Made by a program: the position numbers and the translations under genes. The notes beneath the pieces are model-generated. The model had not been told where the DNA came from and searched no databases. It saw nothing but the letters and a program-made list of their open reading frames with translations. 64,000 bases of DNA, taken from Candidatus Omnitrophota bacterium (GTDB taxonomy: Bacteria > Omnitrophota > Gorgyraeia > Gygaellales > Profunditerraquicolaceae). Positions 57,735 through 64,000 of the stretch are shown piece by piece (position 1 is the stretch's first letter; the number at the start of each line of letters is the position of its first letter). The DNA is taken from contig JAPLLX010000003.1 in NCBI GenBank assembly GCA_026387335.1, positions 74,230 through 138,229 on the forward strand, written 5' to 3'.

Positions 57735-58388
57735 CTATTTTTTCTTTGCCTGCGGTAAAATTACTTCATCCACCAAGCCATAGGTCTTAGCCTCTTCGGC
57801 TGACATAAAATAATCCCTGTCCGTATCCTTTTTTACCTTTTCAATCGATTGACCGGTATGCTGCGCGATTATTTCGTTGATCCTGTCGCGCATTTTTAAG
57901 ATTTCCTGCGCATGGCGAGATATGTCTTCAGCCTGGCCCTGCACACCGCCCCAGGGTTGATGGATCATGATCCGGGAATTCGGCAATGCCTGGCGTTTCC
58001 CTTTTGTTCCCGCGCACAAAAGCAACGCGCCCATACTGGAGGCCTGGCCCACGCAATAAGTAGCTATATCGCATTTTACAAACTGCATAGTATCATAAAT
58101 CGCCAAACCCGAGGTAACCGAGCCGCCGGGAGAATTAATATAAACGTTTATATCTTTTCCGACATCTTCCATCTGCAGGAATAATATCTGGGCGATGATC
58201 AGGTTAGCCACATAGTCATCTATGGGTGTGCCGATAAAAACTATGCGGTCTTTAAGTAAGCGGGAATAAATATCATAAGCCCGCTCATACCCTTTAGCAG
58301 TCTGTTCAATTACCATAGGCACTAATGTCTGATTTTTAATGCTCATCCCCACCTCCGTGTTATGATCCTGTGTTATCCGATGTTCCAT
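57735..58388 (-). CDS. clpP: ATP-dependent Clp protease proteolytic subunit
   Basis: 217 aa with the catalytic triad context '[11 protein letters not shown]' (Ser), 'MIHQP' (His) and the Asp region. Confidence 0.95.
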   Translation of the reverse strand: MEHRITQDHNTEVGMSIKNQTLVPMVIEQTAKGYERAYDIYSRLLKDRIVFIGTPIDDYVANLIIAQILFLQMEDVGKDINVYINSPGGSVTSGLAIYDTMQFVKCDIATYCVGQASSMGALLLCAGTKGKRQALPNSRIMIHQPWGGVQGQAEDISRHAQEILKMRDRINEIIAQHTGQSIEKVKKDTDRDYFMSAEEAKTYGLVDEVILPQAKKK

Positions 58389-59248
58389 TTGGCTTCCCTC
58401 ATTAAAAATTCCATTACCCGCCGGGGCATATGGTCGTCCAGCGCGATATTCTCTTTTTTGGCTATGGCGCTTAAAACCAGATAGATCTTAACTTGCTTAG
58501 CGGCCTCGCCTTCTAACTCCTCGCGCATCTTTTTATCCTGTTCTTCTATTTTTTCACGGGCTACCCCTTTTAAGGCTAAATCAATTTTGGCTTGCCGCAG
58601 CATCTCTTCTAATTGCCGCTTAACTAAAGATTGCGGTAATTTAAAATCCAGGTCCTTGAGCAGGTTCTCAATTATCCCGCTCTCTGCCTTTTGCCGCTCG
58701 GCGTTTTCTTTCTGAATAAAAATCTGTTTATCTAAAACTTTCTCTAACTCGGCTAAATTCGGATAACCTAAAGAGCGGGCCAGGCCGTCATCCACTTTAT
58801 CGATTTTACGCGATTCTTTCAAAGAATCAATCGCCCGCTTTACTTCGTCGCTGCTGACGCTTACGCTTGTATAATCTATTTTGATTCCTTTATAATCCTT
58901 GACATTGATCTCGGGGGATACTTCCACCTTAGCCTTAAAAGAAAGCGACTCGCGCTCTAATTTCACTTCGGATATCTCAGGCAATTCAATGACATCCAGG
59001 CCCTCTTTATTGATGGCCTCGTTGTAAATATCCGGAACTAGCTCTTTTAATACCTGTTCATGGGCAGCGCCAGAGTAATTCTTCTCCACTATATCCCGCG
59101 GCGCATGGCCCGGACGAAAACCCGGGATCTTGGCTTCTTGGGTAATTCGTTTAAAAACATCCTCAAATTTATTTTTTACTACTTCCCCGTTTACTTCCAC
59201 ATTAAGTTCTCTTATATTGGAATCAACCTTCTTTACCTCTGTTTTCAT
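58373..59248 (-). CDS. tig: Trigger factor, short form (ribosome-binding N-domain plus C-terminal chaperone arms; no FKBP/PPIase domain)
   Basis: 291 aa. It has the ribosome-docking signature 'GFRPGHAP' and the conserved position immediately upstream of clpP. The length is roughly 140 aa shorter than canonical Tig. Confidence 0.75.
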   Translation of the reverse strand: MKTEVKKVDSNIRELNVEVNGEVVKNKFEDVFKRITQEAKIPGFRPGHAPRDIVEKNYSGAAHEQVLKELVPDIYNEAINKEGLDVIELPEISEVKLERESLSFKAKVEVSPEINVKDYKGIKIDYTSVSVSSDEVKRAIDSLKESRKIDKVDDGLARSLGYPNLAELEKVLDKQIFIQKENAERQKAESGIIENLLKDLDFKLPQSLVKRQLEEMLRQAKIDLALKGVAREKIEEQDKKMREELEGEAAKQVKIYLVLSAIAKKENIALDDHMPRRVMEFLMREAKWNIG

Positions 59249-59260
59249 CTCTTCCTTTCC

Positions 59261-59983
59261 TTACATCCTGAATTTCTCACCCAGATAAATTGAACGGGCT
59301 TGCGCGTTGTTAATAAGTTCGTTAGCTGTCCCTGAAATAAGGATCTTGCCTTCGGCAATCAAATAGGCCCTGTCGGTTATGGAAAGCGTTTCTCTTACAT
59401 TATGGTCGGTAAGCAGAATGCCTAAACCCTTATCCCTTAATTCTTTGATAATCTCCTGCGCCTCATTAACCACAATCGGGTCGATCCCGGAAAACGGCTC
59501 ATCCAGGAGTATAAATGAAGGATTGGTAACCAGCGCCCGGGTGATCTCTAAGCGCCTGCGCTCGCCTCCGGATAAAGTAAAAGCCTTGGACTTGGCCAGA
59601 TGCGCTATATTTAATTCATCCAAGAGGCTGGCCAATCGGCGCTTTCTTTCCGACCTGCTTATCGCCAGAGTCTCTAAGATCGCCAGGATATTTTCCTCAA
59701 CCGTAAGCTTGCGGAATATGGAGGGTTCCTGGGACAAATAACCTATCCCGAAATGCGCCCGCTCATGGATTGACAGATTAGTTATATCATAATTATCAAA
59801 AACTATTTTACCGCGGTTAGGAGGAATAATACCGACTACCATATAAAAGGTGGTGGTCTTTCCCGCGCCATTAGGCCCCAGGAGCCCGACGATCTCTCCG
59901 CGCTTGACCAGAAGATCGACACCTTTGACTACTTCTCTTCCGCCGTAAGCTTTACTTAGGCCTTTAATTTCCAAAAGATGCAT
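59261..59983 (-). CDS. lptB: LPS export ABC transporter ATP-binding protein
   Basis: 240 aa with the Walker A 'GPNGAGKTT', signature 'LSGGERRRLEI' and Walker B 'ILLDEP'. It lies directly downstream of an OstA-like gene. Confidence 0.9.
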   Translation of the reverse strand: MHLLEIKGLSKAYGGREVVKGVDLLVKRGEIVGLLGPNGAGKTTTFYMVVGIIPPNRGKIVFDNYDITNLSIHERAHFGIGYLSQEPSIFRKLTVEENILAILETLAISRSERKRRLASLLDELNIAHLAKSKAFTLSGGERRRLEITRALVTNPSFILLDEPFSGIDPIVVNEAQEIIKELRDKGLGILLTDHNVRETLSITDRAYLIAEGKILISGTANELINNAQARSIYLGEKFRM

Positions 59984-60875
59984 CAGTCAGGTCCTTTGTA
60001 GAATAGAAAACCAGTTTAGGTTTTCCGCTTAAAATTATTTTTTTCTCTAAAGCCGAATAGACCGCCTCATCGCTATAAGAGGTATTCTCTCCGCGCACGA
60101 TGCGCACATTTCCCCGGGCAACGATTTTATCAATTTTATTATTGCCCATAAGCCCGGCGGTGTTATCCTCTTTAACCTTGGGGCTATCTTTTCCTGAACT
60201 AAAATAGAGCACCATTGTATCGCTGTAAATCACTGAATCCGACTTTTCCACCTTAACGTTCTTATTAAAAGTAGCGATATTTTTTTCATAATCTACCGTC
60301 AATGACCCGTCGCAGGTTACCGTGATCTTTTCTTTTACCGCCAAATCTCCGGTTTTGGCCAAAGAGGCATCCGCCTGGTTGATATCCACTTTCACATCTT
60401 TATTTAAGGCTACTTTCTTAAGGCTTGGCTCGCCCCTGGCTCCGGTGCCGGAAATATTTATATTATCCTTGGCGATATTTACTTTATCTTCGGTTGCTAC
60501 CAGCTGCTTATTTCTATCCCAATCCATTGAGTTAGTGGTAAGCTTGGCGCCCTTGGAGGTAGTAATAACGACATCTTTCTCCAAGTGGACTAAACCGTTT
60601 TTTTTATTAAAATTACCGGTCTTGGCGGTAAGGTTTACGTCTTCCTCTTTACCGTATAAATTTCCGTCTACGTCTTTTAACTTAACCTCATCCGTAAATA
60701 TATCGGCTGACTTACCGGCAATATCCCAGCTCTTTTTTCCTTTTTCGCCGTAACCGGAAAGGGAAAAATCCGCGATTTGCTGGTCGGATTCTTGATCAGT
60801 TGTTGTAGAGCCAAACGCGGGGGCAAAGCATAAAAAAAACGCTGCACAAACTATTAAAGCTTCATTAAGCCTCAT
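59964..60875 (-). CDS. lptA: OstA-like/LptA-family periplasmic LPS-transport protein (possible LptC/LptA)
   Basis: 303 aa. It has a signal peptide. The beta-jellyroll OstA_N-like repeats show no enzymatic motif. It sits between kdsC and lptB as in canonical kdsD-kdsC-lptC-lptA-lptB loci. Confidence 0.6.
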   Translation of the reverse strand: MRLNEALIVCAAFFLCFAPAFGSTTTDQESDQQIADFSLSGYGEKGKKSWDIAGKSADIFTDEVKLKDVDGNLYGKEEDVNLTAKTGNFNKKNGLVHLEKDVVITTSKGAKLTTNSMDWDRNKQLVATEDKVNIAKDNINISGTGARGEPSLKKVALNKDVKVDINQADASLAKTGDLAVKEKITVTCDGSLTVDYEKNIATFNKNVKVEKSDSVIYSDTMVLYFSSGKDSPKVKEDNTAGLMGNNKIDKIVARGNVRIVRGENTSYSDEAVYSALEKKIILSGKPKLVFYSTKDLTDASFGN

Positions 60876-61407
60876 AAAATCTGACTAGTTCTTCCCATTT
60901 ACCCTGCGCCTTAAGTATTAACTCGGCAACTTCCCTCACCGCGCCGCGGCCGCCGTGCTTTATAGTAATATAATCGGCAGCCTGTTTGATCTCCGGGCAG
61001 GCGTTAAAAACCGCTATAGGCAGCCCCACGACTTTCATCAGCCCTAAATCCACCAGGTCGTCTCCCACAAAACAAACTTCATCTTTAGTGACCTTATATT
61101 TCTTTAAAATTTTATCCAGTATGGCGCTTTTAGGAAAGATATCCGCGAATACTTCGGTTATGCGCATGTCGCGCGCCCGCGGCTGAATGGTTCCGGAACT
61201 TTTAGCGGTAACGATAATGGTCTTGATCCCGGCTCTATTTAAAACATAGACTCCCAAGCCGTCGTGGACATCAAAAAATTTTGAATCCCTGCCCTTGGAA
61301 TCATAAATGATCCTGCCGTCAGTCAAAACGCCGTCCACATCCAGCAGCAAGACCTTGATTTTCCTGGCGCGTTCTTTTAATTCTTCCTTAAACGTAGCAC
61401 TGGGCAT
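60865..61407 (-). CDS. kdsC: 3-deoxy-D-manno-octulosonate 8-phosphate phosphatase (HAD family)
   Basis: 180 aa. 'LLLDVDGVLTDGRIIY' DxDx(T/V) HAD motif I and a 'GDDLVD' motif. Confidence 0.8.
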   Translation of the reverse strand: MPSATFKEELKERARKIKVLLLDVDGVLTDGRIIYDSKGRDSKFFDVHDGLGVYVLNRAGIKTIIVTAKSSGTIQPRARDMRITEVFADIFPKSAILDKILKKYKVTKDEVCFVGDDLVDLGLMKVVGLPIAVFNACPEIKQAADYITIKHGGRGAVREVAELILKAQGKWEELVRFYEA

Positions 61408-61409
61408 CT

Positions 61410-62378
61410 TTAGACTAATCCCGCCTTAAGCAGGTCCTGAACATCTAAAAGTCCTATCGGACGCTTAAATTTATCCACTACCGGTAATTCATCAACTCTT
61501 TTTTCCTGCAATATGCGCATAGCCTCGGCTGCCAGCATATCCTGATAAACAACCGTCGGATTCTTAGTCATTACCTCGCTGATCTTGCGTAACGGCAGGT
61601 CCTTATCCGTTTCCAGGTGGCGCCTGAGGTCGCCGTCAGTAAATATCCCTTTTAATTTACCGGCCTTATCTACTACTGTAGCCGAGCCGGCGCGGGCCTG
61701 AGTAATCTTTAAGAGGACTTTGGCGACTCTTTCTTCTTCTTTGACAATAGGATTGGCGTGGCCCGAACGCATAATATCTTCTACCTTTAAAAGCAAACGC
61801 CTCCCTAAAGCTCCTCCGGGATGAAAAAAAGCAAAATCTTTTTCCTTAAAACCCTTTAATTCTAATAAACATACGGCCAAGGCATCGGTCATAGCCAGGG
61901 CGGCTGTGGTGGAAGCCGTAGGCGCCAGGCCTAAAGGACAGGCTTCTTTTTTTACGGATACGTCTAAAACTATATCGCTATATTTGGCCAAAACAGATTT
62001 CGCGTTTCCGGTCAGGGCAATTACTTTACAGCCTATCTTCTTTAATAAAGGCAGCAGTTGCTTCATCTCTTGCGTTGAGCCGCTGTTAGAGAGTATGATC
62101 ACCACATCATCCGCAGTCACCTTGCCTAAATCTCCATGGATCGCCTCGGCAGTATGCAAAAATAAACTTGGTGTCCCGGTTGAGGCCAGGGTCGCGGAAA
62201 ATTTCTGGGCGATGATCCCGGTTTTACCCATACCGCTGATTATGGCCCGGCCTTTTGTCCTGAAGATTAAATTAACGGCGTCTTTAAAATTGTTATTGAC
62301 CCGCGACTTTAACCCTTGGATAGCCCTGGCTTCAATATCCAAAACCTCTCTTGCCCTTTTTACTATATTTATCCTCAT
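61410..62378 (-). CDS. kdsD: Arabinose-5-phosphate isomerase (SIS plus tandem CBS)
   Basis: 322 aa. It has an N-terminal SIS domain 'ISGMGKTGIIAQKFSATLASTG' and C-terminal CBS pairs. Confidence 0.9.
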   Translation of the reverse strand: MRINIVKRAREVLDIEARAIQGLKSRVNNNFKDAVNLIFRTKGRAIISGMGKTGIIAQKFSATLASTGTPSLFLHTAEAIHGDLGKVTADDVVIILSNSGSTQEMKQLLPLLKKIGCKVIALTGNAKSVLAKYSDIVLDVSVKKEACPLGLAPTASTTAALAMTDALAVCLLELKGFKEKDFAFFHPGGALGRRLLLKVEDIMRSGHANPIVKEEERVAKVLLKITQARAGSATVVDKAGKLKGIFTDGDLRRHLETDKDLPLRKISEVMTKNPTVVYQDMLAAEAMRILQEKRVDELPVVDKFKRPIGLLDVQDLLKAGLV

Positions 62379-63187
62379 AGCGCTTCCTCTATTTTCTTAA
62401 CTTGCTTGAGAAGTTTCTCTAAATCCTTTAAATTAATCATGTTCAGTCCGTCGCAGGGAGCATTCTGCGGGTCAGGATGCGTTTCTAAAAACAAACCGTC
62501 GCAGCCAAAAGCTACAGCTGCCCTGGAGAGCCCTTCCACAAACTGGCGCTCTCCTCCGGAAGAATTTCCTCTACCCCCGGGGATTTGGATGCTGTGGGTC
62601 GCGTCATAAATCACCGGATAGCCGAATTCCCGCATAACCTGCAGGGCCCGGAAATCCGAAACCAGGTTATTATAACCAAAACTTACTCCCCGTTCGGTAA
62701 TAAGGATTTTTTTATTCCCCGTAGACTCGACTTTTTTTATAATCGGCAGGATATCCCAAGGCGCTAAGAACTGGCCTTTTTTGATATTCACAACTTTGCC
62801 GGTGCGGGCGGCGGCCAGCACAATATCCGTCTGACGGCATAAAAATGCGGGTATCTGGATAATATCCAAGACCTTGGCTGCCTCGGCCATATCCTTCACG
62901 CAATGCACATCGCTTAATATGGGGACCTTGATCTTCTGTTTAACTTTATTTAAAATCTCTAATCCCTTTTTTATCCCCGGCCCGCGAAAAGAATCCACCG
63001 ACATGCGGTTAGCCTTATCAAAACTGGATTTAAATATGAAAGGTATGCCGAGTTTCGCGGTAATATCTTTGATTTTAGCGGCGGTCTCAAGGCAAAGCGA
63101 TTGAGATTCGATTACACAAGGACCGGCGATAAGTACCAACGGATTTTTGTTTCCTATTTTAATATTTCTGACCATGATCTGAGACAT
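62375..63187 (-). CDS. kdsA: 3-deoxy-8-phosphooctulonate synthase
   Basis: 270 aa DAHP-synthase-like TIM barrel. 'LIAGPCVIES' and 'DATHSIQ' are conserved. Confidence 0.95.
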   Translation of the reverse strand: MSQIMVRNIKIGNKNPLVLIAGPCVIESQSLCLETAAKIKDITAKLGIPFIFKSSFDKANRMSVDSFRGPGIKKGLEILNKVKQKIKVPILSDVHCVKDMAEAAKVLDIIQIPAFLCRQTDIVLAAARTGKVVNIKKGQFLAPWDILPIIKKVESTGNKKILITERGVSFGYNNLVSDFRALQVMREFGYPVIYDATHSIQIPGGRGNSSGGERQFVEGLSRAAVAFGCDGLFLETHPDPQNAPCDGLNMINLKDLEKLLKQVKKIEEAL

Positions 63188-63193
63188 TATATT

Positions 63194-63928
63194 CTATCCT
63201 TTTCTTAAAATATCTTTGACCTTTTCCAAATCTTCCGGGGTATCCACCCCTATAGTATCAAAGTTAGTTTCAATGACCTTGATGCGAAAACCCCCTTCTA
63301 ATACCCTCAGTTGCTCCAGGCGTTCGGTCTTCTCTAAATTGGAAACCGGAAGGTTCTTGTAAGTAAAAAGAAAATCTTTGGTGTAGGCGTAAAGGCCGAT
63401 ATGCTTGAAGTAAACCGGATGTTCAATTTCAGCGTTCAGCGCTAAGTGCGGAATAGCGGCGCGCGAGAAATAAAGCGCGAAATTGTTCTTATCCACTACT
63501 ACCTTGACTACGTTCGGGTCGTTAATTAAATTTGTATCTTCTATTCTTTTCATAAGCGTAGCCATATTTATATCTTTACTATCTAAAAGCGCGGCGGCCA
63601 CACTATCAATCATACTGGGATGGATTAAAGGCTCATCCCCCTGGATATTCACTATTATTTTTACGTCTAGAGGATTGACTACTTCGCTGATCCTGTCTGT
63701 CCCGCAGTCATGGGATTGAGAGGTCAGCACAACCTTGGCCCCAAACTCACGAGCAGCATTAGCTACCGCTTCATGATCACAGGCAATAATTACGTCATCC
63801 AGCAACCTGGCCTGTTTTGCCCTCTCGTAAACATGCTGCAGCATGGGCTTACCGAGGATATCCGCCAAAACTTTTCCTTCAAATCTGGTAGAAGAATAAC
63901 GTGCCGGTATAACTCCGATTACATCCAT
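63194..63928 (-). CDS. kdsB: 3-deoxy-manno-octulosonate cytidylyltransferase (CMP-Kdo synthetase)
   Basis: 244 aa. 'VIGVIPARYSSTRFEGKVL' N-terminal nucleotidyltransferase motif and 'IVNIQGDEP'. Confidence 0.9.
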   Translation of the reverse strand: MDVIGVIPARYSSTRFEGKVLADILGKPMLQHVYERAKQARLLDDVIIACDHEAVANAAREFGAKVVLTSQSHDCGTDRISEVVNPLDVKIIVNIQGDEPLIHPSMIDSVAAALLDSKDINMATLMKRIEDTNLINDPNVVKVVVDKNNFALYFSRAAIPHLALNAEIEHPVYFKHIGLYAYTKDFLFTYKNLPVSNLEKTERLEQLRVLEGGFRIKVIETNFDTIGVDTPEDLEKVKDILRKG

Positions 63929-64000
63929 TAGCCTAACCTTTCCAATAGTTCGTCCCGGGTAGCCGTGGCTGTCCCAATCTTGCCCACAACAATACCCGCG
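63929..64000 (-). CDS. 3' end of an unidentified upstream CDS (C-terminus ...AGIVVGKIGTATATRDELLERLG*), truncated by the window edge
   Basis: The minus-strand frame is open to the window edge and terminates with TAA at 63929-63931, immediately before kdsB. It is too short to identify. Confidence 0.3.

Overview
This 64 kb window is a dense array of more than 60 genes, all on the minus strand, from a Gram-negative-type bacterium. It encodes the Kdo/LPS genes kdsABCD plus lptAB, the MEP pathway genes dxr and ispG, and glycogen genes glgA, a GH57 enzyme and a DUF4912 protein. It also carries anaerobic Wood-Ljungdahl genes: acsB, metF, folD and an fchA-like gene. Most of the window is conserved housekeeping. 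The clusters are a trp operon (trpG-D-C-F-[small zinc-ribbon ORF]-B-A), murA-prmC-prfA-rpmE-rho-coaE-glgA-polA, a tgt-trmD-rplS-rnhB-yraN operon, ruvB-scpA-trpS-infB-nusA-rimP-proS-ispG-rseP-dxr-cdsA-uppS, purA, a leuA-family gene, serA plus a serC-like gene, tig-clpP and lptB-lptA-kdsCDAB. The one clearly accessory stretch is about 2.2 kb at 28737-30907: three markedly A+T-rich ORFs of unknown function inserted between the queuosine genes tgt and queA. Two of the ORFs look like paralogs sharing an HKA-x(4-5)-[KR]H[AP]D motif. The insert is bracketed on one side by three tandem covarying palindromic hairpin repeats (28541-28673) and on the other by a roughly 130 bp structured inverted-repeat element (30977-31105) that carries two copies of a perfect GAAAATTTTC palindrome. 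This is my best candidate for an undescribed, horizontally acquired system (a defense, toxin-antitoxin-like or mobile cargo module), but no recognizable catalytic domains could be assigned from sequence alone. Other points of interest are a lone acsB next to metF with an unusual small FAD/NAD(P) oxidoreductase, and a zinc-ribbon membrane mini-protein embedded in the trp operon. There is also an unannotated 49-aa DUF5679-like gene with a near-consensus promoter, a hairpin-rich leader upstream of the leuA-family gene, and a trigger factor that lacks the PPIase domain.
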